Positions 38,344 through 48,121 of a stretch of 64,000 nt of DNA are shown piece by piece (positions within the stretch are counted from its first letter, which is position 1; each line of letters begins with the position of its first letter). Source of the DNA: a phage. Location: the NCBI GenBank assembly GCA_020381345.1, contig GCA_020381345.1_3636.1, one strand, 5' to 3'. Below the pieces are notes generated by a model. The model did no database searches and had not been told where the DNA came from. It saw only the letters and a program-made list of their open reading frames with translations. The position numbers and the translations under genes were made by a program.

Positions 38344-38675
38344 GCTTCCTCATCCTCCTCTCCTTCATCAGGAGCATAAGCCTTATCTTTGAACAAGACG
38401 AGAGAGCAAAGCTTAACATCTGTTTCCACACTGGTGAACATGCATAACCGCTCGCCCTCAATCAACTCACAATCCTCTTTTAAAACAGCAGACCATACAC
38501 GGTCATCTGCGTAATCATCTGTGTACAGGATGTATGAAATAGTGTCATCTTCATACAACCGCCACATACCTGTGGCAACAATAAATGTATTTTTTGTTTT
38601 AATGGTCCCTGTTGTATGATCATCCTCAAAAACAGCTTCCATAATTGCATTATCTACAGAATTTTTAGTCATCAA
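38340..38675 (-). CDS. hypothetical protein (111 aa)
   Basis: ORF track. Confidence 0.5.
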   Translation of the reverse strand: MMTKNSVDNAIMEAVFEDDHTTGTIKTKNTFIVATGMWRLYEDDTISYILYTDDYADDRVWSAVLKEDCELIEGERLCMFTSVETDVKLCSLVLFKDKAYAPDEGEEDEEA

Positions 38676-39811
38676 ATTGCTCCAACATTTCTAAGAACGT
38701 TAACAAGTTTTGTTTGATCATTGAATGTTCGCTTCATATACAAACAGTCAAAAATTATACTCATCCACTGACCTACGGAAATTCTACGATCAATACCATT
38801 GAAGTCAGTATACTTAACAACACCTTTCGGGAACCACTTCTTGTACTGATCAATAATAGCCGCCCACATCTCCTTTGGAGTGCTGCACTGAGACAGTAGG
38901 TAGAATGCTGAGGCATCCCCGAACTTACCTTTACCGATAAGTCCTTGATACGGCTTAATGTTGTCAGCAGAGTCACCACACAGCATTTGGTATCCGAAGA
39001 ACAGCATTCCGTAACCACCAACCTCTCCATTAGGCTTCATGAAGATGTTACCCATACCGTTATCGATCAGCATAGGGGTTTCCCTTACAAAATCTCCCTT
39101 ATCATTTCGCATGGGATCGAACACAAGCCCCGGTAGTGTTCTTTGGTCCTTATCAATAGAGATAATAAACTTGTTGAACTTACCTGTTTTTTGGTAGTGG
39201 TTCCAACCTTCAAATTGCTGGATAGCTAACCAGTCGTCAGCCTCGATACCGTTGATCACTTGAGCATTATACTGCTTTTGGAGATACTGTCTTGCATCTC
39301 CAAGCAGCAGTGGTCGAAGAGTATTGTTACGGTTGGCTTTATATCTTTCCGGCATTGGGAGATCTAGTCTGAAGTTACCTGTGCCTCCCAGCACCCCAAC
39401 GCACCGATCTTCCGGAATACCGAGATAATTAAGGACTGCATTAGCTTTACACTTAATTGTGTGCAAGCAGTTCTCTACAGGATCTGGGGTTTGGATATCC
39501 AAGACATCGAAATCTTCTCGTGTCCACGGAATAAACTCCTTGCCAGCCTTTTTACATGCAGCTTCACGGTTGGTATTCTCAGCTTTTAACCAACCACCAA
39601 CGGTGTTCTTCTGCCGCCCCCAGAACTCTGTTCGTGTTTTAAACATCTTCTTACGTCCGGAGGCTTTGTGTGTTACCTCAATTGTCCTTTTTTCACAACT
39701 TGCTGCAGCTTGATATGCAACCTGATCGAAGTCATAATAAACTATAGCGTCAGGTTCAAGAAGATCAGCCAGACAATCTATGGACTCAATAAGTGGATAT
39801 TCTCTACTCAA
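38672..39811 (-). CDS. 5'-3' exonuclease / flap endonuclease (379 aa)
   Basis: Motifs INGIEADDWLA and GDSADNI resemble FEN-family metal-binding and H3TH signatures. Confidence 0.6.
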   Translation of the reverse strand: MSREYPLIESIDCLADLLEPDAIVYYDFDQVAYQAAASCEKRTIEVTHKASGRKKMFKTRTEFWGRQKNTVGGWLKAENTNREAACKKAGKEFIPWTREDFDVLDIQTPDPVENCLHTIKCKANAVLNYLGIPEDRCVGVLGGTGNFRLDLPMPERYKANRNNTLRPLLLGDARQYLQKQYNAQVINGIEADDWLAIQQFEGWNHYQKTGKFNKFIISIDKDQRTLPGLVFDPMRNDKGDFVRETPMLIDNGMGNIFMKPNGEVGGYGMLFFGYQMLCGDSADNIKPYQGLIGKGKFGDASAFYLLSQCSTPKEMWAAIIDQYKKWFPKGVVKYTDFNGIDRRISVGQWMSIIFDCLYMKRTFNDQTKLVNVLRNVGAI

Positions 39812-40112
39812 AGACCCTCCTGTTAGTTATTCTGCAAGATGGTTGGATGCTGTAATGGAATGCATCATCACTCTCTGCAATAAGTGACTCAACATCCCAA
39901 TACTTTTCAAAAAGGAACGGATTAGACCCCCAGTGGTGGGTTATTTTCATCAAGGAGTCTGGTATCATATAACCACAGATCTTAATTACATCGCCAGGTT
40001 GAATTGTGTTTTCATGAAGGTTGCTTGCCTTCTTCAGAATCATACCTTTATGATTCTCGTTTGCATACAACTGGACAATATCTTTATCTTCAACAATAAA
40101 AATTTTAAGCAT
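39804..40112 (-). CDS. hypothetical protein (102 aa)
   Basis: ORF track. Confidence 0.5.
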   Translation of the reverse strand: MLKIFIVEDKDIVQLYANENHKGMILKKASNLHENTIQPGDVIKICGYMIPDSLMKITHHWGSNPFLFEKYWDVESLIAESDDAFHYSIQPSCRITNRRVFE

Positions 40113-40171
40113 GTCTAGTTCTCCTAGTTTATAAATATCTGACTGATAATATCAGATTAATAGCACTTTTG

Positions 40172-40465
40172 TCAAGACTTTTTAGTCTTTCTTGGAGAGC
40201 TTTTTGTTGATCTTTTCCTTTTGTGGTAGATTCCAAGTGCAGCGTTTTCTTGGGCGCACGTTTTAACAGTTCTCAGACAAGAACTTTCAGCTTTAGGCAG
40301 GTTTAACTCCCACCAACCAAGCCAGTAAAGTTCTGATTCAGACAACTGCTCAGATTCAGCCTTCCGATACAAGGCTTGCATACCTCTGATGATATCGTCC
40401 AGAGGTGTATCGAATACAAAAGCTGTCTTATCGAATTTCTCTTTTACAGGTCTCTTAGCCATCAA
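40172..40465 (-). CDS. hypothetical protein (97 aa)
   Basis: ORF track; basic C-terminus. Confidence 0.5.
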   Translation of the reverse strand: MMAKRPVKEKFDKTAFVFDTPLDDIIRGMQALYRKAESEQLSESELYWLGWWELNLPKAESSCLRTVKTCAQENAALGIYHKRKRSTKSSPRKTKKS

Positions 40466-40970
40466 GGTAACCCTCTATCCACGAAAAGTCAGTCTTCCAT
40501 TCTGGAACTTTACTAAGCTCACGCCACTCTGCAAAGCAGTCTCGGTAATACGCCTCTGCCATACCTTTGGTGATCTTATTCACCTTAGCCAACTGATTAA
40601 CTGCCTGAGCATACTTTCCACGGATATTTGCTAACCCAGGATGCACCGATGTGTGACAATCTGGGCACAACGCTATCAGTCCGACAAGCCGGATCACTCC
40701 CTCTTCGAAAGTGTAAAGTTCATGACACTCCACTGGGTGTTTGCTGCCTTTACCGCCGCACACCTCACAGGTGTAGTTGGCTTCTCTATAGCACTTCTTG
40801 CGGATCTTATCCCACTCACTCTTCTTCACAGCGTTTCGGAGGTTATTATACCAAGCTGTTTCTGGGATCAGTTGCACAATAAGCCTTCGTTCAGACTTCA
40901 TTAAACGTCCGTCTTCCACGTGTTCTCCCTCATTCAAAGAAATGGGTGCGAGGGCAGGAACCTGCCTCAC
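40455..40970 (-). CDS. zinc-binding HNH-like nuclease domain protein
   Basis: Cys/His arrangement CEVCGG..HPVECHELY..CPDCH; start may be the internal MKSERRL. Confidence 0.4.
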   Translation of the reverse strand: MRQVPALAPISLNEGEHVEDGRLMKSERRLIVQLIPETAWYNNLRNAVKKSEWDKIRKKCYREANYTCEVCGGKGSKHPVECHELYTFEEGVIRLVGLIALCPDCHTSVHPGLANIRGKYAQAVNQLAKVNKITKGMAEAYYRDCFAEWRELSKVPEWKTDFSWIEGYLDG

Positions 40971-41136
40971 CTTGTCTCACAAGCTCGTAGAGCTCACCTT
41001 GGCTTGTCTCATAAAGGCAAATACGTTTACCATTGTCCCGATATACATCGACAAGATACGCTGTTTCACCTGCAAACACGACACCACAGGCCAGACATGC
41101 CGCCATGAACAAAATTGCCAACAGAAAATCTTTCAT
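40930..41136 (-). CDS. putative secreted protein or lipoprotein (about 68 aa)
   Basis: Signal-peptide-like MKDFLLAILFMAACLACG; RBS GAGGGGGG; directly downstream of endolysin. Confidence 0.45.
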   Translation of the reverse strand: MKDFLLAILFMAACLACGVVFAGETAYLVDVYRDNGKRICLYETSQGELYELVRQGEAGSCPRTHFFE

Positions 41137-41201
41137 GGTTAAACCCCCCCTCAAACATTTTATGAGGTGACAATACCACTTCCGTGTGGTTATGTCAATG
41201 A

Positions 41202-41672
41202 TTAATCCAGGACAACACCGCCTGCCTTTTTAAACACCTCGATCAACTTCTCGATCTTCTGTTCATGCTGACCATATCCAGCACCAGGTAACGAAGCCCA
41301 GCGGGAACGGCATTTGCGGATAGCCTCGTGGATACGCCCTTCGTCAATGTCGGCGAGAGCCTTGCACTCACGGATCAGTTGCAACGCAATCTTGTCCTGA
41401 CTGGCAGGGCCAAAATCTGGTAATCCTAACTGTTTCATATAGTGTTTAGCGAACTTCTCCAAAACCTGGTAACGCCCAGCAGCGGAGGAGGTAAGTTTAG
41501 CATTTAGCTTAACGTAAACACCGGGATGCTTGCTGTAATCGCTGAACAGCTTGCCACCGACTATGACATCGTATCCCCGATCCTTGGTAGGTTGTCTACC
41601 GTTATCTGTGCCTTCCGAATATGCGATCATATCCAAGAAAGCTTTTCGTTGAATATTTTTATCAAGTTTCAT
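41202..41672 (-). CDS. endolysin, lambda R-like lytic transglycosylase (156 aa)
   Basis: Near colinear match to recalled lambda R (QRKAFLDM..SEGTDNGRQ..GYDVIVGG..GRYQ..WASLPGAGYGQ). Confidence 0.85.
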   Translation of the reverse strand: MKLDKNIQRKAFLDMIAYSEGTDNGRQPTKDRGYDVIVGGKLFSDYSKHPGVYVKLNAKLTSSAAGRYQVLEKFAKHYMKQLGLPDFGPASQDKIALQLIRECKALADIDEGRIHEAIRKCRSRWASLPGAGYGQHEQKIEKLIEVFKKAGGVVLD

Positions 41673-41800
41673 TTTTCATACTCTCCAGTTTACTCATAAC
41701 TAACCCGATCAACAACACTGCATAGTGTGGTTATGTAGGTGCCAATTGAAAAAAAAACCCTCATTCAATTGGCTACCGTTACCTACTAAACCTTCCTACA

Positions 41801-43084
41801 TCATTCCAGAACCTCCCAAGTGTATGGGTTAACATTTCGGACGCAGATACCGACAGGGAATTGGTAGTTGTTGTCTTCTGTCCTTGCTTGATATTTGAAG
41901 GTGACAAACTTGCCGATCATTTCCTGCATCCTGTCATAGCTACGCTCCTCGTGCGTGCCTTTCATCTTCATTTTAACAACAACACCTTCCTTGTCAACAC
42001 AGATAAGAACACCTTCATCATTCTTATCTTTCTCAACGTCAATAACTTTCACCTCTGCGTCGTTGAACTTTTTCCATTTCAATGCTTCAGATGTTCGCTG
42101 ACCATACTCATATTTACCACAGAAGTTACGCATAATGGTACCTTCATATCCCTCAGACATAAATATACCAACAGACTCTTCGCACCGATCAACTGTGTAT
42201 GCAAGCTCTGCATCAACAACCTTAATATGATCAAGCATCAAAGAAGCAATAGCACCATTTGCCTCCATAAGATCCTTACAGCGTCCAGACTCTGTTTCAG
42301 GATCCCACCACACCTTGTCGCTAGGAATATCAAAAATGTGATACTCCAGATCGTAGCTACAGTACCCACCGTAACGCAAATCATCACGAACAGGCTCAAC
42401 ATCGACAGGAATATCTACCTTGTTGAAGTTTTTGTATGTTGATAAGCCTGCCTTAATTGCGGCATGACGGCGTTTTTTATCTGCCTCATAGTCTTTATCG
42501 ATCTCGGCCTGAATCTCTTCCTGTGTGCGCCACCGTTTAGCAAGAGACACTATTTTCTGCAAAGGAAGACCATGAATGTAGAGTTCCCCATCAAGTTGTT
42601 TAATCCCAGTGGTAGAATGGAAAGAACGAAGTTGCTCTAAAAGATTTCCTTGAATAGGGTAGGACTTATTACCACGGGAAATAAATTTAGGCTCACCATT
42701 TTGGAAAACAACAAGCAGACGAAGGCCATCTAACTTACGCAAGATCCAGCAAGGTAGTTTAAGTGCCTTGCCACGCTTCAGGTAGTCATGCACCAGCATG
42801 GGTAAAAGGTCAACACCCTGCTCGCAATCTTCCATGTTTTCAACATACCCCAGACGGACTTGTTTTTCCCACTTGCTGATAGCCTCAAGCTCGGCCTGTT
42901 GCTCAGCTGTAGTCTCGTTGGCACGACCTACGTTCTTAGGTGTGCATACCGTCTCTTTGTACTGCAATTTACCGTCAAGCTTGCCAAACTCTACGATAAC
43001 CTTTTCGCCATCTGTAAATACTTTCCATTGCTGGTAACTTCCATCCTTATTCAGTGCATAAAGTGTTGTTTTGATTTGATGCAT
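41801..43084 (-). CDS. ATP-dependent DNA ligase (427 aa)
   Basis: Adenylation motif I KLDGLR. Confidence 0.7.
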   Translation of the reverse strand: MHQIKTTLYALNKDGSYQQWKVFTDGEKVIVEFGKLDGKLQYKETVCTPKNVGRANETTAEQQAELEAISKWEKQVRLGYVENMEDCEQGVDLLPMLVHDYLKRGKALKLPCWILRKLDGLRLLVVFQNGEPKFISRGNKSYPIQGNLLEQLRSFHSTTGIKQLDGELYIHGLPLQKIVSLAKRWRTQEEIQAEIDKDYEADKKRRHAAIKAGLSTYKNFNKVDIPVDVEPVRDDLRYGGYCSYDLEYHIFDIPSDKVWWDPETESGRCKDLMEANGAIASLMLDHIKVVDAELAYTVDRCEESVGIFMSEGYEGTIMRNFCGKYEYGQRTSEALKWKKFNDAEVKVIDVEKDKNDEGVLICVDKEGVVVKMKMKGTHEERSYDRMQEMIGKFVTFKYQARTEDNNYQFPVGICVRNVNPYTWEVLE

Positions 43085-43353
43085 TACTCTGCCTCTTCCT
43101 TAAAAATTTTAAACATCTCTTCTTTACTCATTACCAACCAGTCTCCCATAAAGTCAACTAACCAATCCCCCTGGTATAAGACCAGGTTACCAAACGGCTC
43201 AACAAGCTCACACATGCGACGAATATCTCTGGTCCGAACAGGTGACCATGTAAACACGCCTGTATCAATCCACCGTTGCAGATCAGATACTGATGAAGAG
43301 CTTCCGTCAAACTGGTGGGCTTCTACAGGTTTAGCAAGATTAAATAACGGCAT
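43084..43353 (-). CDS. hypothetical protein (89 aa)
   Basis: ORF track. Confidence 0.5.
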   Translation of the reverse strand: MPLFNLAKPVEAHQFDGSSSSVSDLQRWIDTGVFTWSPVRTRDIRRMCELVEPFGNLVLYQGDWLVDFMGDWLVMSKEEMFKIFKEEAE

Positions 43354-43678
43354 TGCAGTCCTCCTTCTGTAGTAGGTCTTTTATAGGATAAACAAGTAAG
43401 TGTGGATCGGAATAACGTATAGTCCTATTCTGCCACACTATGAACTTTATTACAACCAAATTTACAATATCTTTATCACCATGTAGCCCAACACACACAT
43501 TTGTCCATATTTTGTGGTTGAAGATCTTGCTATCGATGTAGATTTTAGTGTCAAACTTATCTTCCATTCTACCTATAAGTTTGATCAGCTCCTTCATCTG
43601 ATCCCCAAACACAGCATCGTTTTCAAGATCTCTAGAGTGCTTGTACATAACTATCTGCCTCACTTGCATACTTTCCAC
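43340..43678 (-). CDS. hypothetical protein (112 aa)
   Basis: ORF track. Confidence 0.5.
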   Translation of the reverse strand: MESMQVRQIVMYKHSRDLENDAVFGDQMKELIKLIGRMEDKFDTKIYIDSKIFNHKIWTNVCVGLHGDKDIVNLVVIKFIVWQNRTIRYSDPHLLVYPIKDLLQKEDCNAVI

Positions 43679-43711
43679 AACAAGTAAAGCCGGGTGATCC
43701 CGGCTATGTTG

Positions 43712-44425
43712 TTAAATATACTCTGTTACATCCTTGAAGCTTGAAGGCTTCATGATCTTACCTTTACTGTCAAGGAATATGATAACTTTATTACCGTTGT
43801 AGAATTCTTCCTTGGCAACAAAACCTTCATATCGACCATCAAAGCGTCGTTCAAGATCTTTAATCTCCAACTCGATTAGTTGTTCAGCAGGCATATCTGC
43901 ACTGGCACCGTGTGAATACCGTAGATGGTTGACCCGTGCAAACTTGCTGTCATTCGATTTGAGAACCTTACGCATCATCCCGCACACATCGCCGCGAAGC
44001 TGGAACAGCAAAGCTGTTGACAACTCTGCTAAGCGGTAAGCAGACGCTCTTTGCTTAGAGGTGTTTTTCGCAGCGATCAGTGTATCATAGAACTCGCCGA
44101 TCTTGAACTTAAGACCTCGCGGATTATCAAACAGGTTTGACCACTTTTCGTGATTGTCATTAACAAGATAAGCGGCATAACTTGTGACAACATGAAGATC
44201 GCAGGCCTCTTTTAGCAGGTGATCTCCACCATCACCTTTCTCCAGCTCTTCCAAAACCTCATTGAACTCTTCCTCAATGAAGCTAAGCTGTAATTCGAAT
44301 GGTGTGTATGATTTTTTCACTTTAGCTGCCACACGGTTCCAGTTTTCCACCCAATTGGCAGACCAAAGGTAGTTTTCAGGCTGAGACAGTTTTTCCAGGT
44401 TGTCGATCAGTTTAGTATTCAGCAT
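43712..44425 (-). CDS. hypothetical protein, possible MazG-like NTP pyrophosphohydrolase (237 aa)
   Basis: Acidic stretch FIEEEFNEVLEELEKGD..EACDLH resembles the MazG EExxE..D pattern; weak. Confidence 0.35.
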   Translation of the reverse strand: MLNTKLIDNLEKLSQPENYLWSANWVENWNRVAAKVKKSYTPFELQLSFIEEEFNEVLEELEKGDGGDHLLKEACDLHVVTSYAAYLVNDNHEKWSNLFDNPRGLKFKIGEFYDTLIAAKNTSKQRASAYRLAELSTALLFQLRGDVCGMMRKVLKSNDSKFARVNHLRYSHGASADMPAEQLIELEIKDLERRFDGRYEGFVAKEEFYNGNKVIIFLDSKGKIMKPSSFKDVTEYI

Positions 44426-44438
44426 TAAAGGTCTCCTT

Positions 44439-45200
44439 TTAAAGTTCCATAAAGTTTTCTACAGTTTCAATAAATGCTTTATCAGAGAAAGCGTCAACAG
44501 CACCGTTAAACCATACAGGGATCCCGCGATCCTCATATTGATAAAGGTCGCTACGTGAAATGCCACTTCCATCTGCACTCTGCGAATCATACTTGTTTAC
44601 AATCAGCAGTTTTGTTCCTTTACAAGTAGCAGGAAACAATTCCCAGTTAAAATTAATAACTGTGTTAGAACAACCCACTAGGATCACCATATCATTGCTG
44701 GTGAGAGATGTCAACAGGTCATACATGTCTGTATACTTAGGAGCAACCTCGCCGAAGAACACTACATTGGGCTTAACCCAGGTATACTTGCCTGTATCTA
44801 CCTCCGTGTATCCGATATTTTTAATTACATCATTACCTTCAGCATCTTCGTAGGTGATTTCAGGCAAATACCCGTGGACATGTAAAATATCTTCATGTTT
44901 TACACCAGCACGCTCCAGCAAATCATCTACATTGGTGGTAAGGTTGATCACACGACCAGACCAGCGGGAATACCACTCAGCGATCCGAAGATGTGCAAGG
45001 TTAGGATCAACACTGCCCAGAGCTACACGACGTGCATTGTAAAAGTCATGCACCTTATAGTAGTTCTTGGCAAAGGTGTGGATGTTGCACACCTCATCGA
45101 TGCTGAAATTCTCCCACATTGCAGTGCTACCAGATCGGAAGGTGGGAATACCAGATTCTGCGCTCAAACCAGCACCAGAAATAACAATAAGTCGTCGCAT
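44439..45200 (-). CDS. Sir2-family NAD-dependent deacylase / ADP-ribosyltransferase (253 aa)
   Basis: Sirtuin NAD-binding motif GAGLSAESGIPTFR at the N-terminus. Confidence 0.75.
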   Translation of the reverse strand: MRRLIVISGAGLSAESGIPTFRSGSTAMWENFSIDEVCNIHTFAKNYYKVHDFYNARRVALGSVDPNLAHLRIAEWYSRWSGRVINLTTNVDDLLERAGVKHEDILHVHGYLPEITYEDAEGNDVIKNIGYTEVDTGKYTWVKPNVVFFGEVAPKYTDMYDLLTSLTSNDMVILVGCSNTVINFNWELFPATCKGTKLLIVNKYDSQSADGSGISRSDLYQYEDRGIPVWFNGAVDAFSDKAFIETVENFMEL

Positions 45201-45208
45201 AAATGTCC

Positions 45209-45559
45209 TTAGTAGATGTTTTGTTTGATCTCTATTCCAAACTTCTTGAATGAGTCAGCAGCAAGCATAAATTTACGAGCTGCCGATGGATTAGAAGTAT
45301 GCACGAAAATAATCACGTTGTCAATAAGTGGTGGCTTTCCGAATACAAGTTTCTCCTCTAGCGCAGAGAAGCAGTCGTACCCTTCAAGAACTTCACCTAG
45401 ATCATTGTCAAAATACCATTCAGATACGCGTCTGTAGAGCTTTCTCTTATCATTAAGAAAATCCATAAATTCAGAAGAATTCTTTAGCCACAGAGCGTCT
45501 GGGAGTCCATAATCTGACGGATCTCTAAAATCATCAAGCCACACAATCCACTTCTTCAT
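45209..45559 (-). CDS. hypothetical protein (116 aa)
   Basis: Internal ATG overlaps the RNA ligase stop as ATGA. Confidence 0.45.
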   Translation of the reverse strand: MKKWIVWLDDFRDPSDYGLPDALWLKNSSEFMDFLNDKRKLYRRVSEWYFDNDLGEVLEGYDCFSALEEKLVFGKPPLIDNVIIFVHTSNPSAARKFMLAADSFKKFGIEIKQNIY

Positions 45560-46473
45560 TGCATATAGTCCTCGTTGTGGAAATAGCAGTCCAGTATCTC
45601 GCGACGCTCCTGCTCTAATAAGCAATTCCACACATCTTCTGTATAGTTGCTACGAATAAATTTTACCATACCGTAAAACTCCTCGTCAACACGTTTAAAA
45701 ATATCGTCATCCCAAATCTTCCATGCTTTACCTCTCATTACGGCCTTCCGTGCCAAATAGTATGGAGACTTGATCTTCAGCTGCAGGTCATAAGGGTAGT
45801 AAGGCTTACGGATCATATACCCTTCGCCCCTTGTTTCTGCAGCTAATTCTTTTGCATAGCTGAACGGGATTTCACGCACAGTGTGAGGACGTTTTGCACC
45901 AAGGTATTTGGCAATCCCATCTAAAGCTGCTTCTGGTAGCATTATTCCAGAATCATTATATCTGCAACCTATCAAATATGCGCCATGGTCTTCTTGAACA
46001 ATATGCGGATCTGAAGGGTGACAAATTTCAAACATGAATGTCATGTTTTCATTGCCCATAACCTTCTTGATAAGATCTAAATTACCACATTGCTCTTGGA
46101 TGGTTTCCTTTGCAAGGTTACAATATGGAGAATCAAGAGACCCGGTTGTTGAGAACAATAGTTCACCTTTATGAGATGATACCACACCGAGGAATCCGTT
46201 CTTTTTCTCTACCGCAGTAACAAGTTTACTGTCCGGTAGGTTGGTGGAGTTTTCTCCTAAGTTGAATACTTTTGTGAAAGGCCATGCCACAACATTCCCC
46301 TCATTGCCAACAACAATACCTCGGCACTCCAGTAAACGCGGAGACAAATGCCACAGATTGTTGTAGAATACTTTTCTGGCATATTTATAGATCTTTAATC
46401 CAAGATCTGGATAATACCGACTGGTTACAAGACCTTTGTCTACTAGGTCATCTGCATTAAAATACTTCATCAT
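45556..46473 (-). CDS. Rnl1-like RNA ligase
   Basis: Matches recalled T4 Rnl1 in LECRGI, KVFNLGEN and the nucleotidyl-transfer lysine region EKKNGFL; start placed at ATG with RBS GAGGA. Confidence 0.75.
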   Translation of the reverse strand: MMKYFNADDLVDKGLVTSRYYPDLGLKIYKYARKVFYNNLWHLSPRLLECRGIVVGNEGNVVAWPFTKVFNLGENSTNLPDSKLVTAVEKKNGFLGVVSSHKGELLFSTTGSLDSPYCNLAKETIQEQCGNLDLIKKVMGNENMTFMFEICHPSDPHIVQEDHGAYLIGCRYNDSGIMLPEAALDGIAKYLGAKRPHTVREIPFSYAKELAAETRGEGYMIRKPYYPYDLQLKIKSPYYLARKAVMRGKAWKIWDDDIFKRVDEEFYGMVKFIRSNYTEDVWNCLLEQERREILDCYFHNEDYMQ

Positions 46474-46534
46474 ACGTTCCTCATTTGTCATTTTGTCAGT
46501 CTATCCTGCCACACAAATAACCTAGTGTCAACAC

Positions 46535-46563
46535 TTGAAATTAACAAAACAGTTAGGTATACT
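46535..46563 (+). promoter_or_regulatory. sigma70-like promoter
   Basis: TTGAAA, 17-nt spacer, TATACT in the divergent region between RNA ligase and kinase. Confidence 0.5.
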
Positions 46564-46591
46564 ATCATTAAAATTAAAACGGAGGATTGCT

Positions 46592-47002
46592 ATGTCTAAA
46601 ATGCTATATATCGTGCGTGGTCTGCCAGGGTCTGGCAAATCAACACTGGCAAATGCGCTATCTTTAGAAGGTCTGTATCCACATTTTGAGAACGACATGT
46701 TCTGGTATGACGATGACGGCAATTACAACTGGGATGCAAGTAAAGTAACACTCGCAGCAAAATGGTGCAAAGATAACGTAGAAGATATGATGCGTATGGG
46801 ATACGACCGTATCGTGGTAAGTAATACGTTTACAAAAGAAAAACATGTGCAGGAATATGTTGACATGGCAATCAGTCATGGGTATAGTTATACCGTGATC
46901 GTGGTTGAAAACCGCCACGGTAATAAAAGCATTCATGATGTTCCAGACAAGGTTGTGGATCGTATGGAACGCCAGCTTAAAAACTGCATTAAACTTAAAT
47001 GA
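46592..47002 (+). CDS. P-loop kinase, polynucleotide 5'-kinase-like (136 aa)
   Basis: Walker A GLPGSGKST; RBS GGAGG 6 nt before ATG 46592. Confidence 0.6.
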   Translation: MSKMLYIVRGLPGSGKSTLANALSLEGLYPHFENDMFWYDDDGNYNWDASKVTLAAKWCKDNVEDMMRMGYDRIVVSNTFTKEKHVQEYVDMAISHGYSYTVIVVENRHGNKSIHDVPDKVVDRMERQLKNCIKLK

Positions 47003-47009
47003 GGAATGT

Positions 47010-47564
47010 ATGAAATACTTTGTAACAAGCGACACACACTTTCTCCACCAGCGGGTCATGGAGTTTGATTCATGTCAAAAACACAGATCTCAGTATGATC
47101 ACAATCTTGACAGTATGAATGCGGGAATCATCGCCGAGTGGAACTCTGTTGTGTCACCTGCAGACACTGTGTTCCACTTGGGAGATATTGCGTGCACTAA
47201 TGATAAGAATATCAACAAATTACTTCCAGATATTCTAAATATGTTGAACGGACATATTATTCTTGTTCGTGGCAACCATGACACAAGGACGACTGTCAGA
47301 ATTATGAAAGAGTTCGGTCATGAGGTTGTAGATTATTACGAGCTTCGCCACAACAAGAATTTGATCTGTATGAGCCATTACCAGTTTGCAAAGTGGAACA
47401 GAAAGCCTCACGGATCAGTCCAACTGTTCGGTCATGCTCACGGAACCACACAACAGTTGTTTGGCAGGCAGCTTGATGTCGGTTGGGATGTGTGGGGGAG
47501 ACTCTTACCATTAGAAGAGGCATACCGTACTGCAATGAGTTTTGATATTGACAGCAGGGAGTAA
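47010..47564 (+). CDS. calcineurin-like metallophosphoesterase (184 aa)
   Basis: Motifs SDTHF, GDIA and GNHD; track ORF 46905..47564 is an upstream-extended version of the same frame. Confidence 0.6.
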   Translation: MKYFVTSDTHFLHQRVMEFDSCQKHRSQYDHNLDSMNAGIIAEWNSVVSPADTVFHLGDIACTNDKNINKLLPDILNMLNGHIILVRGNHDTRTTVRIMKEFGHEVVDYYELRHNKNLICMSHYQFAKWNRKPHGSVQLFGHAHGTTQQLFGRQLDVGWDVWGRLLPLEEAYRTAMSFDIDSRE

Positions 47565-47611
47565 TCCCTGCTATTTTAAAGAAAATTGCCACACAAGGAG
47601 AATCAGGAGAT

Positions 47612-47962
47612 ATGAAAGATGGGGATAAGCTGCTATATCTTAAAGTCCCCCTTGAAATACTATCTATGTCAAAAGTTTTGAATGACACAACTGGGGAGGT
47701 TGTTGTTCTTGACTTGTATGACAAGATCGTATACTGCTACCTGCACAACTGGTATAAGCTTGGAGGAAATTCACGCTTCACACCAAGCACAAGGAAAATT
47801 GCAGCAGATGTTGGGATAAAGAAAACAAAAGCAGCAGCGTGCGTTAAAACTTTAGAATGTGCAGGAGTGGTTGAAACATCCACACAAGGGAGAGGTAAAA
47901 GATGCACATTTTCCAAAGTTTTGCCACCAGAAAAAGTTATTCGAATGTCAACAACTGGTTAG
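47612..47962 (+). CDS. putative DNA-binding protein (116 aa)
   Basis: HTH-like segment TRKIAADVGIKKTKAAACVKTLECAGVV; sits just upstream of the iteron array. Confidence 0.5.
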   Translation: MKDGDKLLYLKVPLEILSMSKVLNDTTGEVVVLDLYDKIVYCYLHNWYKLGGNSRFTPSTRKIAADVGIKKTKAAACVKTLECAGVVETSTQGRGKRCTFSKVLPPEKVIRMSTTG

Positions 47963-48035
47963 ACCAGTAAAAACTTAAATATCTGTACTATAAGGATTCG
48001 TATGTTTTATGTTCGCTCTGGAACAGAGGTTAGTA

Positions 48036-48121
48036 ACTGTCCGTGATACGGACACTACTGTCCGTCACGCGGACACATCTGCCCGTAATACGGACACTAA
48101 CTGTCCGTGATACGGACACAT
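48036..48121. repeat. four tandem ~21-22-bp iterons, each a GTCCGT-N4-ACGGAC palindrome
   Basis: Units start at 48036, 48057, 48079 and 48101; the third is degenerate (GCCCGT). Confidence 0.75.

Noticed and set aside
46664-47724. Minus-strand ORFs 46664-47059, 47099-47284 and 47302-47724
   Set aside because: Antisense to the kinase and phosphoesterase genes, which have strong RBSs and catalytic motifs
48036-48121. Possible CRISPR array from the tandem repeats
   Set aside because: Units are directly abutting palindromes with no unique spacers of regular length; iteron or operator is the better fit
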